Origin: Obrimoposthia wandeli | Lineage: Eukaryota | Assembly (NCBI GenBank): GCA_977020255.1 | Contig: CDROCS010005180.1 | Span: 62,001-126,000, forward strand | Direction of reading: 5' to 3' | DNA length: 64,000 nucleotides | Shown here: positions 11,788 through 23,200 of the stretch, piece after piece | How the letters are laid out: every line of letters begins with the position of its first letter | How positions within the stretch are numbered: the stretch's first letter is position 1 | Notes under the pieces: generated by a model | Told to the model about the DNA's origin: nothing | The model's input: only the letters and a program-made list of their open reading frames with translations | Databases searched by the model: none | Position numbers and translations under genes: made by a program

Positions 11788-12020
11788 GTGCAGATTCAAA
11801 TATTGAAAGTTTTTTTTAAATCAGAAGTGACTAAATTAGGTCAGGCTAAGGTTCAATTTTGCGCAACAGTGCAGTTTAAAAATGTCAATGAGGAGTCTAA
11901 AACTTGTGTAATTTCACATAAATATTATAATTTTGTAACTGAAATTGGAAGAATTCTTGATGAAAAAATTGCTAATTATAGCGAGTTAAGTAGTGGACTC
12001 TAGTTAGAATTCACGATGTT
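11788..12020 (+). pseudogene. Polinton pPolB N-terminal region fragment
   Basis: AKVQFCATVQFK..ILDEKIANYSELSSGL*LE resembles the KI..F...GSGW.L segment that precedes Polinton polymerase domains. Confidence 0.45.
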
Positions 12021-12136
12021 AGCTTTGTTGTGATGGCGCGAATTGTGGTCGCCCTGGGTGGTGCGTTGTGGTGACCCTTCATATTTTTTTGGTGAAGGGA
12101 CCCATCCCGTTCGTTGCTTTTTCAACAAAAAAATTA

Positions 12137-12240
12137 AAAATTTCACTCCACACACATACACGAAATTTCACTCCACACATATTCACGAAATTTCACACCA
12201 CACACAAATGCACGAAATTTCACTCCATACACATGCACGG
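12137..12240. repeat. Four to five copies of an ~24-bp unit (cacgaaatttcactccacacat)
   Basis: Directly visible imperfect tandem array. Confidence 0.9.
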
Positions 12241-12289
12241 TTTTAAAAGACAGTGGTAGCCTCCCCGGGGTGAGGGGTGGATTAAACCG

Positions 12290-12560
12290 GACATATCCAC
12301 CTACTAACAATATCAAGTTCATTATGTGCATGCTTCTTAAAAGTTGGTATTAGTTTATTATCCTTAGATGAAAGGTAGTGCTTTCCTAATGTTGATACAA
12401 ATCGTCCGAGTCTCTTCAAAAGAGAAAAGGCAAATCTACCTTATGTTTTAAGCCAGCCAGATCCATATTGTTTGCTAACAAAATATGGTAATTCTCCACC
12501 TTGTTGGCTTTGACTATAAGCTTCAATTTTTGCCGCTTTTTCGCCATTTTGTTTTCTTAA
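12290..12560 (-). pseudogene. Polinton small core/membrane-active protein-like gene (QxGG-LP-x-F, GxGW motif)
   Basis: QSQQGGELPYFVSKQYGSGWLKT*GRFAFSLLKRLGRFVSTLGK, directly downstream of penton; premature stop. Confidence 0.6.
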
Positions 12561-13479
12561 ATGTATTGTTAAACTTGTCTTGTCTTCGTATGTGAAATCT
12601 ATTAGGTGTCCGGAATCATCTCTAATATTTACTTCAATATTGTTTATAGAAAAGAGAACATCTGGAAGATACATTGGTTGATCTATACGAATACCGATAA
12701 AGTCCCCAATTTTAGTTTGACTTTGAGATATCTTTATTGTTCTTAAAGGTGGAACTCGTAGTCCTCCTACAAACGGGTTTTAAAGGTATTTATGTTTAAA
12801 CTGAGGTTTTTAGCGAGTTTATCATCAAATGAAACTCGTTTTACATAGCTCTTTACTGTAAATGTCAGTTTACCATTTTTTTAATGTTACACATTAATCC
12901 AAATATTCACTAAATTCCTTCTGTATAAATTTACATAAATTCACTTCATTATCTATTTTATAGTCTTTAGAAAACATTTTCAGTTCCACTACATCCTTTA
13001 CTCTCGTTTTAAGTAACAACACTCTTGCTACACTACCAGGAACATTTCTAACTGATTTAGATGAGACTATATCCCGTCTATTACTAGCTACTGTTTGCTC
13101 ACTATCAAAACCGAATTGAAGAGCTTATTTTTCAAATTCAAATGTAATTTGAATAACTTGAATAAACTTTAATCAATTTTTAAATCTGACTTTGTTATTT
13201 TCATATATTACTTTCACTTCTTTATCTTTACAATTGTAATAGAACTAGATCACAATTTCATTTGTTTTTTCATAATTAAATTATTTTGTAAACGAAATAT
13301 GTGAGTTTTTTTGATAGTAATTGGAGAATAATAAAAGAAGAAAATTCCGTTTAAGCCGCTTCCCATTCTCCTTGGAGATTTATAGGATTTTCCCAATCGA
13401 TACTAAAGCTACTAGCGTCATTATCCGGCTGAGTCTTCGGGCATCCGTTACTAGGTAAAACCATATACATAGACTTCAT
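12560..13479 (-). pseudogene. Polinton minor capsid (penton) gene, disrupted
   Basis: N-terminus MKSMYMVLPSNGCPKTQPDNDASSFSIDWENPINLQGEWEAA*TEF; C-terminus IEVNIRDDSGHLIDF..SLTIHLRK. Its ATG overlaps the integrase TGA (ATGA, 13479-13476). Confidence 0.78.
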
Positions 13480-14498
13480 ATTATATTAGATGCAGATATC
13501 CAAGTTGGATCTGAATAACCATGCCATTTAACATAGTATTGTTTATGTTTACCGGTACCCTTAGATTTTAATATTTTTTGAATACGTTAGGTTTAATTGA
13601 TATTACTTGTAGTTCTTGCTCGTAAAATTTACCGTAAACGATATTATTTGCAGCATGTTTTATAGTATACATTATTGGATTACTCTTTTGATCAATTTTA
13701 TTTATACAAAATATTTCATCGCTCCAATTCTGATCAAACATTTTAATAAATGGAGTAGATCTAATTTTAAAAATTCGAACATATTTGTTTTTCTTATATT
13801 TAGCTTTTTTAATATTTTCTTTTTTATTCCTGTCTATCCAAATATCCATAGAGATTTTATCAGTAACATCAACAAGTCTCATTCCCTTGAGACTTATATG
13901 TTCAGAGTGATTATATGCATGTATTATTTTAGGTAAAACTTGGATCCATTTTTTTATTTCCTTCTTTTGTAAAATACTTTTTTATTCGATCTCTTAAAGT
14001 ACGATTAAATCTTTCTACTACTGCTGCTTTGTACTGCAAAAACACCGAGTAGTGATTTATATTATTTTGTTTAAATAAAGATTGTACTTGCTTATTATAA
14101 AATTCTTTTCCTAACTCACTTTGCACATTTTGTGGAATGTCCTCTTTTAATATTTCTTTAATGGCTTCAAGCATAGCTCTTGAAGACTTTGCTTTAACTG
14201 GAATTTCACGAGCAAACCTACTCAATACATCAATACATGTTAAAATATATCGATATCCCTTATTAATGGAAGAATATGGAATCATCTCCATCAAATCCAT
14301 TTGCCATAAATTATTAGGACCGCTGGTTTTGTAAGCTCTAGTTGGAAACCTTCTTCTCGTCGGCTTGTTCAGGCTGTAGGCTAACTGATCGCTCAGCCAT
14401 TTCTGCGTTTTCTTGTAATTCTGCTTTGTTCTTTTTACCAATTTTGAAACTCCTGTGTAGCAAATTGGATCTTTTGGATTGAACCATATCTTCTCCAT
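13476..14498 (-). pseudogene. Polinton retroviral-like integrase with C-terminal chromodomain-like tail, frameshifted
   Basis: WQMDL, YILTCIDVLSRFA, KAAVVERFNRTL, QNWSDEIF, GKFYEQELQ and KGTGKHKQYYVKWHGYSDPTWI over three frames. Confidence 0.92.
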
Positions 14499-14569
14499 TA
14501 CAACAATTTGAATATATAGAAAATTTAAATTTAGGTAAAGAAGGGTTAGCACCCATATCTTTAGCTGAT

Positions 14570-14914
14570 TTTATAAATAATTGTTTATGAACGTGTTGCA
14601 GCTATAATATTACTGATAATTGAAGCAACAACTAGAATAACAGCCCTTATGAAACCACCATTATTTTTAAGAATAATATTTCATTTTCTTTTTTTACTTT
14701 TTACATGAGCAATATCTAGAAGAGTTTTTCTATTTTTCTTTAATACATTTTTCCGTTTTCCAACTTTTATTCGACCCAAAACTATATTATACAAAACTTC
14801 CAATAAATCATATACAACAAAATATGGAAAAGCTTTAAGAATACTCATTTTCTTATGAGAAGAGAATTTGACCAAAGCTTTAAAATAAGGTATGCTTCTT
14901 TGTATTTTCTTCAT
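14570..14914 (-). pseudogene. Small basic Polinton protein ending in a GGF + hydrophobic motif
   Basis: Lys-rich ORF continues past a stop as NIILKNNGGFIRAVILVVASII, a putative adenain-site pattern. Confidence 0.55.
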
Positions 14915-15114
14915 TTAAAAAAAGTTAAATTTTAATATTGTTTATATTCGAAACCATTTAAGTTTTCTTTTATTTCTTGATTAATTTATTCACTTCTTTT
15001 TTTTAATATTTTTTTTTTATTTCTTAGGCTTTGCTTTTACTTTACGTTTACGTTTCACTCTCAACAATTTAAAAGGCATTGCAAATTTATTTTTTATTAT
15101 TGTTCTCTATTTGT

Positions 15115-15731
15115 TTATAAACAGTTACTCCCTTAGAATTAAATATGACTGTTAATATACGTAAATCATCTGGACAAGCTTGTGTAAAATCAATAAATAT
15201 ATACTCATGTGCTTGTTTAGCAGCATGATGGAATGAATCAACTAGAAAGTTCTTATTTTGGGGAAATGCCTGTCTGGCTACGAAATCTACAACTGTTTAA
15301 TCTCTAGGATTTTTCAATAAAACTAAGTAATATACATTAAGATCTCTTGTTATATGATGACCTCCTTGGTGAAAAAGATTTTGAGTGATAAATATAACAG
15401 TTACTTCACGATGTCTTGCAATCTTTGTAAATAAATTATTAAAGTCTGATTCCTTGTTAGCCTCCCGATACAAATCATAATTTATTATTTCATCTTCTTT
15501 TTTCAATCTTTCGCACCAATTCGCATCAAATCATTCAATAAATTTTATTCCCTTCAACTTGCAAACTTCTGTTTGGGTTAATTCACTTTCCCCTCCTCCA
15601 TCATGATGCCAATAAATATTTTTGAAAATAGAATTGAAAAAAGATTCATTTTGCAACAATTTACATACGAAATGTGTTTTTCCACTTCCACTGGGACCAA
15701 CTATTTGAAATACGGCATTATTTAGCTCCAT
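15115..15731 (-). pseudogene. A32/FtsK-like DNA packaging ATPase, disrupted
   Basis: Walker A GPSGSGKT, RHREVTVIFITQNLF, YLVLLKNPRD, YIFIDF. Confidence 0.9.
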
Positions 15732-16101
15732 TACATATACTCTTTTATTTTAATATTGTTTATATTTTCATAGAAGTTTCCTTATTGAAAGGTATATTGT
15801 CAGAGCTAGTGTATATGAAATACAAAAATCAATTAACGATATTTGGCTATAATTTTATTTATTTGTGTTTGATTTCTAAATTCTAGAATAACATGTGATC
15901 TAACTAATATTTCAATATTATCTCTTGTTGTATCATTATTTTTTAATTCTGATAAAATTTGTTTACTCTTAATTTTTCCAGAAAAAAAAATTTGTTTACT
16001 ATTAATTTTTCCAGAAAAAAATTTCGTCGACAAGACGATCCACTTGTTTGTTTGTATTTATAGTATTATTCATTTGAAACAATAGGTTTAAACGGGTATG
16101 G

Positions 16102-16496
16102 TTATAGAAAAGATGACAAAATGTAATAAAATATATTTTCTAAAATCGATTCAACAATGTCTGGATAATCAAAATTTATCAATGCCAATATCATAACTTT
16201 ACCACTGGAAAATATATTTACACAAGCGGTTTAAACTTCAAATAACTGAGAGCAGGAAAAAATTCCTGTTCAAACTTGCATTCTTCTATCATTTTCTCTG
16301 CAATTTTATAAAGATTTATTTCTTACCCGTGATTAGCTGAAATTGTGATTGATTGTATGTCGCTGATTCAAATTCCAAATGGTAAATTGAACTCATTCAA
16401 TGGTTTCTTACATCCCATAACACGACAACTTCCGAAAAGAATTCAATATGAAAATAAAATCTAACCTAAGGGGAAAATAACAACTGTGAAATCATA
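16102..16496 (-). pseudogene. TBP (TATA-binding protein)-like gene, disrupted
   Basis: Manual translation TVVIFPLG..GSCRVMGCKKP..IQSITI..INLYKIA..CKFEQEFFPAL..FKP/CVNIFSSGKVMIL has two TBP-type half repeats (IFxxGxxxxMG, EPELFPAL, IFxSGKV). Two stops and one frameshift. Confidence 0.68.
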
Positions 16497-17684
16497 AAAA
16501 AAATTCACATATTGTCTCGGCCTCCAATCATTGAATGGTAAGTACGAAATTCCACCTCCAATCCTCCCTTATAATTTATATTTACGAGTTTCATTAAAGT
16601 AAAATTGTCTTCTGTAAATTCTTCTTTATATATTTTTTGAACCTGCTTTTTTATTGCACATTTCTTGTAAATGTCTTGCACACCTATTATAATTAGATGA
16701 TATATTTCTTCCAATCAATTTCGATTTTTAATATGGATTTAGTCCAATCAAATTCAATGCTTTAGTTATATTAACCAATGACATTCATGTTTTTGTTACA
16801 AATTAGTATAAAAGCATGCGCCATTGGGGGACAAATCATAATATATGCATTCATATCAAAGACAATTGTTAGAGCTAAATTTAAAAGAATATTAGAATAA
16901 CAAATATTTAAATTACTATCCTTAAAAAACTTTTAAGCAAATAAATAACAATTGTTTAAAGTTAATAATAAAGTTTATACCAAAATACTTATTAAAATGT
17001 TATGTAGTGACCCCCAATTAAGAATAATAGTTTAAAATATTAATTAATTTTGTGTAAAATTCACATTTTTACGAATAACCTTTGTAAGAAAAATCTTATA
17101 TCAAAATCTGAACTACACATAAATTAGTAATAAAATATCGATTTATTTCATGCATACTCGAAAGTTTTACAACTTTCGTATTAAAAAAGATCAACAAAAA
17201 TGTGAATTTTGTTAATGAAAACGTTAATTAATTAAACTTTAAAGAAGAATTTCTAGACATCTAAAATTCGCAAATAAATGAACAAAACACCATTTTAAAG
17301 CATAAATTATTTCCAATTGAAAAATGTACGGCTCATAAAAATCCCACCTTTTGGTAAAAATTTCCTATAGTATAAGAAAGTACATAAAACTTTACAATAC
17401 TTACAGGCAAACACACCTACTATGAACCTAAGTGGACAAATTATCTAAAGGACCAAACCCCATTTAGATTAAATTAATCAAAATCAAAAGCCCCGACAGG
17501 AAAACCCGGGCACTACATAGAAATAGAAGAATATAAAAATCCTGGTTTTGGGGAATAAATTCATTATTATTTCTACTGGACATCGTGCAATAATAAGAGT
17601 TTTAATTAAAAAGTTATTTTAATTATCCTTTGAATTGCAACCAAATATTTTTAATAAACTAAAAACCATCAACCCAACTCCACC

Positions 17685-17886
17685 GAAAAGTAATACAGGT
17701 GATTGATTTTTTGTTTATGCTAGTTTTATTTTTACTATTGTTTCTTGTTGTTGTTGTTAAAACTTATTATGAACTCTCAAAATTGTTGGCCCCCTGGCCA
17801 TTTTTGTTTTGTTGTAAATAATAAAATTTTATTATAATATTTATATAGAATAATTTTTAATATTTAAATTAAGCCCAACAATTTTG
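17685..17886. repeat. ~195-bp direct repeat, copy 1, with an internal 12-bp inverted repeat
   Basis: Near-identical to 19967-20166; caaaattgttgg (17778) pairs with ccaacaattttg (17875). Confidence 0.92.
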
Positions 17887-19966
17887 GTGTCTCCAGAGAG
17901 AAAATAATAAAATAGATTAATAATAAAATAATAACTCGACGTTTTGGAAAGTGATGTACTATCACTATTCGGACCCGCATAGACGGTGCCACAACGTTAT
18001 AAATAATTATAATCTACAAAAAATAGTTTTGAATAGAAATGATTATTTAGTGAAATAATTTTGAAATTAAGTTTCAGCTTTTAAACAAAACTTTTATTAA
18101 ATAGTTTACAAATAAAATTAAATAAATTATTTTAAACTAAAATTTATATTTACCTTGAAAATATTATATTAAAACCAAACTATGGCGAGGTCGTATAATA
18201 CTTAATATATAGATTATAACTTTCAATTAACAAATAAAACTAAAGAGTTGTATTTAATTGTTAAATATTTAACATATATATAATTTTATTTTGAAATAAG
18301 GAATAGAAAAATAGAAAAATGCAAGATTAGGTTTAAAGCGCGACAAAACAGAACTTATATTTATGAGTACATAAATTATAATATTGAAAGTGTCGGTCAT
18401 TTATTGTTGAAAATTTGATTAGAAACCGTTAAGTTTTAAAATTGACACTTTAGAAGTTTAAATAGTAAATATAAAGTAACCTTGTACAAAGACTATTGGA
18501 TATTTTCTAAATATAAAACATATATGAACGATTTTTAATTTATGGTAGCATAAATAAAGAAACATCAAAAGTATTTTCATTTACTGATCTTATTTGTAAT
18601 TATGTGTTCAAATAAATTTAGTTTGTTTGTGTTCAATTTTGCAACAGCTTATTTTTACTATCACACATTTGATTAAATTTTATATAAATAGTTAACCTGT
18701 AATTTAAAAAGTTCAAGTTAAGTCTGAGATGAGAATTGTATTTTATCTTGATTTTTAAATAAAAGTTATGATTTTTTCTAATCTCAAAAAAAAAGTGAAA
18801 TGAGTTAATCATTCAAAATAAATTTACGCTTTTAAATTATTTTAACTATTTGAATTTTAGTTTGTTGAATTTGTTTAAATACATTAATTATTTATAATAA
18901 AAAGAAAATTTAAATTCAAATTCAACAATATTGATAACATTCCATTTTATTTATGCAATTTGAGTTTTTGAAGTTATAATATGATCTAAAAGATTTTTTT
19001 AAAGAAATGGTAAACAATTTGGCAAAAATTTAAGACAACATAAGCCTTTTACAATCAAAAAATTAAATTAAGATTTTCTCAAAACTTTTGAGATCTGGAA
19101 TAAATACAAAATAACTGGTTATGCGTGAAATGAGCATTAAGCCGGTTAATGACATTGATTTCTACAATTAATATTTGATCAAGAAATATAATTTTGGCTT
19201 GATGTTTGCTTTTGCTCTTTAAAAATTCCAAAAATAAAACAATCTAAGTTAATCTTATATATTATTTTCATTCATTTTGTTGCATTATTCGCATGCTGTA
19301 TATTAAAAAAAATTAATGAACTTTTTGAAAAATTACTTTAAAAAAAAGAGAATTTTGCTCCAAACTAATAATATTCTGCAATTATATGTATCTAAACACA
19401 TTCGTTGTTGTTATAAACCAAATTTTTAAATGTTCAAAAATTCGACTGACAAAAAGTTTAAATAATTCGAAGAAAATTCATAAAGATTTTGTTTAAGATC
19501 AAAGTTTAATTTAGAGGTAAATGCAATTTAAAAGTAAATTTTGCAAACCTTATTGAAAGAGAAGTACAAGGTTGCCCAAGGACATCATTATCATAAGTGT
19601 AAATATCCAGGTTCGTGTTAGTTTCATAATGTACCAAAAAGAGTTAGTACTCTTAAAACTTAATCTAGGTCCTTCTGTTGAGGGATTTATTAACAAAATA
19701 TCGAGACCCTCGCACCAGGTTGTGAGAAAAAAATACACAGAGAACAAATTTCTAATTCATCAAAATGATTATTTCGGGAAATTTGGGGATTTGTATTCTG
19801 TGTAAATGTCCTAAAGCCCTTCTGACGAGGGTTATTAATTCAGCCAACCATCTGGGACCCAAGCTCATCGATCAGCTGTCTCCAAAGTTGATGTTGCAAA
19901 GACACCGGAAATTCTCCAATATTACTGAATGAATGGGAATATTAAATTCAAAAATTATTCCAATTG

Positions 19967-20166
19967 GAAAAGTTATACAGGTGATTGATTTTTTGTTTGT
20001 GCTATTTTTATTTTTACTATTGTTTCTTGTTGTTGTTGTTGTTGTTAAAATTTATTATGAACTCTCAAAATTGTTGCCCCTGGCCATTTTTGTTTTGTTG
20101 TAAATAATAAAATTTTATTATAATATTTATATAGAATAATTTTTAATATTTAAATTAAGCCCAACA
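19967..20166. repeat. ~195-bp direct repeat, copy 2
   Basis: Matches 17685-17881 and ends about 10 nt before the ATG at 20176. Confidence 0.92.
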
Positions 20167-20175
20167 CAATTATCA

Positions 20176-20628
20176 ATGATGAACGATATCCAACAGATAT
20201 TAAGCTGTGATGAAGATTTAGAAATGTTTGGAGAATCAGATAAAGATATGTATGAAGATATGAAACAATATTTCAAATACAAAGTCAGATTCTTGAAGGC
20301 TCGACTGATTGCTTTAGTAAATCCTGTGACAATTGAAAGAAGAACGTTCAGCTATTATCTATCAAATATTCAAAAACCAGATTTTCAATATCTAAAACAG
20401 AAAGTTGAAAATGAAGTTCCAAATTTTATTTTCAATAAGAACGAATTTTATATCCGAGGAGCTGATGCAGCATTTCTAGATGACTATGGAAGAAAAATAA
20501 ATGTTGATGCGTTTCCGAAAAAGAAGCAATGGACTGTAACAATTCGACTCTATGGTTACAAGAAAGATGAAATTGGAACAAAGATACCTATGTGGAAAAT
20601 TGAACGTGCTCATATCTCTATGTTTTAA
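20176..20628 (+). CDS. Intact 150-aa ORF, unknown function, possible beta-barrel/SSB-like C-terminus
   Basis: Uninterrupted ORF in very AT-rich DNA; AATAAA downstream; C-terminal motif shared with the next ORF. Confidence 0.6.
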   Translation: MMNDIQQILSCDEDLEMFGESDKDMYEDMKQYFKYKVRFLKARLIALVNPVTIERRTFSYYLSNIQKPDFQYLKQKVENEVPNFIFNKNEFYIRGADAAFLDDYGRKINVDAFPKKKQWTVTIRLYGYKKDEIGTKIPMWKIERAHISMF

Positions 20629-20792
20629 CTTTTTTCTTTCATTTTACATGTAATAAATTGTAATCGGTTTTATTCATTTTTACTATGTTTCTTTCATTTG
20701 GCAATTAATAATCAGTTTATTTTTCATGATATTTGTATCTTATATGTATTTTTTTATAAACATTGTTTTTTTAACAGTTTCTTTATTTTAGA

Positions 20793-21203
20793 ATGGATCC
20801 TCTCCTGAGATATGTAGGAAATTTTTATTATACAGAAATAATTTCAAAAGGAAAACTATGTAATATATTAAAGAGGCATCAAATTATACCAGTTATGAAT
20901 CCTGTGAAAATATCAAAAGTAAAGAATAAATATCTCATTGAAATTTTAACAACATCTGATATTGATCAATTGAAAAATATTTTGGGATTTTACATACCTG
21001 ATTACGTATATGAAGAAAATTCTTTCCAGTTTGAAACTGATCCCAGTTTGACTTTTAGAGATGATCTCAGATATTTGATTGCTCTAATTTTAGATGAAGA
21101 ATTATGGAATATTTTAATACGCCTCAATGGTTATTTTGCTGATGACGGCGAAATGCACTCTCTTTGGACTTTGAGTGAACCCAATGTGGTGTTTTATGTT
21201 TGA
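20793..21203 (+). CDS. Intact 136-aa ORF, probable paralog of 20176-20628
   Basis: WNILIRLNGYFADDGEMHSLWTL aligns with WTVTIRLYGYKKDEIGTKIPMWKI. Confidence 0.6.
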   Translation: MDPLLRYVGNFYYTEIISKGKLCNILKRHQIIPVMNPVKISKVKNKYLIEILTTSDIDQLKNILGFYIPDYVYEENSFQFETDPSLTFRDDLRYLIALILDEELWNILIRLNGYFADDGEMHSLWTLSEPNVVFYV

Positions 21204-21339
21204 TTTAAAAAATGCTTTGACTCATATTTTGATTTTTTATAAATTAAAAAAGACTAAATGTTACTTCTTAAAAATTATATTTTTATGAAAGAATTTGACG
21301 AAGTAATCATTAGGATCACACTCATTGGTATACCTCCAA

Positions 21340-23200
21340 CTTAGAGGGAGAGGTTCTGGTGGTACTGACTGCTTCTTCTTCGGTCGGCCGGGCGGGCATC
21401 TTCTTCGACTGAACACCTAGTGGTCGTTGTGCAGCAATTGCCGTCCAAGGCGGGTTTGGTAAAAGTTGCCACAACTTTTAGGTGCAGTCAATATAGATGG
21501 CCCACCCACTGAAGTTGAAGCTTTCTTCATCCATAGAGCCTTCTTCTTCTCCTTTTCACACTCCAGCTGCTGATAGAAAACAGAATATATGGCCTGGTAT
21601 TGCGGAGTCTCCAGTATCGCCAGAAAATTGTCCAACCGAGCTTCAAGCCAGGCCCTCTTCAAGTTCTGGCTTGTGGGGTACATAGGAAGAGGAGATGCAG
21701 CCTCCCTCGCTCTCACCAAGTTTTGAATTATGCTGGATGCTGCTGAATAACCGGTGGTGGTGACGGAGTAGAGATGGCCTGCAATGTCTCCTGCAATCGA
21801 CACTGGCCGGGAGAAGGAGTTATCCTGATTGGAGCAACGGGTATCCTCTCGTACAAGATCAACCAGTCCACCGTTGAAGGAAGTTTCTCCTGCTGCTCAA
21901 TCGTCACCTAGGTAGACTCGAGCAGACTAGTGGTCGGATTCCTTCTCTTCTTTTTTGAACCACCGCTCGATGCTTGCACCTTGGTAGGATAGGAGTAGCC
22001 TTTCTCAACAAGTCCTCCAGTAGCTGCACCTGATCTGGTTCCTGCATTAAAAAACATTAATAATTTTTTAAATATTAAAAGTTTACCTCTATTATTGGTA
22101 GTTTCGTCTGTTTCACCTTCTTGCTTGGTATGATTTTCGTTGTTATCTTGTGTTTCTTCTGCATAACTGCTTGTTTTCAATCGATCGGTAAGAGCAGCGT
22201 CTTCCAGCCCGTCCTCCACCTGATCGGCTTTCTAAATAATTAATTATATATTTCTAAATAATTTACCTGAATTTTATTGAAGAACGTCAGATATTGCAGT
22301 TGAGTGCTTGGCAACTCCTAGCTGCATTTATTGGTGACGATCTCTGGTTCAAGCAGCATCTCCACTGAAGTCACTAACAGTACCATATCCAGTTGATGTT
22401 TCTGTAAAAAATAAAAATCAATGAATTAAATAAATAATCCAGCATAATTCGTCAACTTTATTATCCTGTCTCGTCTCACAAGAGTCTGTGGCCTTCGGAA
22501 TACTTCAGGCATCGTATCGTCTGCAGTATGAGTTGGAGTAGCAGAAGGGGTAAGACTGTCCCATTCGTCTGTGAAGAGACGCCACTAAATATCGTCCAAC
22601 TCGACGATGATTGAGTTGTTTGTGACTGGAGCGCTGCTGCTTGGCGGGAAACTTGGGTGTCTTATTCATCAAGGAAAGGAGTGATATCCTAGTCCTTGTC
22701 AAATTCGATAATGATACTGTTGCTGATTTATAGGGTTACAGTGTTGCATGGGAGAACCGGAGCCACACCGTCCCATTCGTCGATGAAAGGAGTCAGATCC
22801 TCCTCCTGTGTCGGCGGTATGAAACTCGTATCATTCACGGTCGGTTCTTCGAAGAGATCCTCATTAGAGTCTGGAGCGAGAATTGTCTCCGGCTGAGACA
22901 ACGGGATCAACTTCTACGATCAATTAATACCCTCTTCGATATTGTTGAAGATATTACTCCTCGGTGGTCTCCTTGCTGCTTCCGCTGAAATTGATGGACG
23001 AGGTACTATATTATGTCGAGAAGTACAGTCTTCAATTGACTCCTGACTAATCAGGTCAATATATTGGGATTTCTGTATCGCTCCTATTGGTTCTCTTGGA
23101 GTCGAAGTGACGAAAGGACCGTTCATCAGTTCTTGACTTACTCCTTGGCTCACCACCGTCGAGTCTTGACTAAGTAAATTAATTACTATACATTAATCAT
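21340..23200 (-). pseudogene. Spliced acidic-repeat gene of unknown function (copy A', paralog of 8.2-9.6 kb)
   Basis: QEEDLTPFIDEWDG and WRLFTDEWDSLTPSATPT..FRRPQ; introns ending at 22402, 22266-22232 and 22086-22042; TATAAATA at 23494-23487. Confidence 0.65.

Noticed and set aside
13616-14556. ORFs 13616-13936, 14137-14334 and 14338-14556
   Set aside because: Shadow frames of the integrase.
17485-17510. ccccgacag match to the hammerhead 3' end
   Set aside because: Only 9 nt shared and no catalytic core upstream; likely chance.
19815-19850. CTGACGA inside a small hairpin as a second hammerhead
   Set aside because: No stem II/GAAA/NUH arrangement follows.
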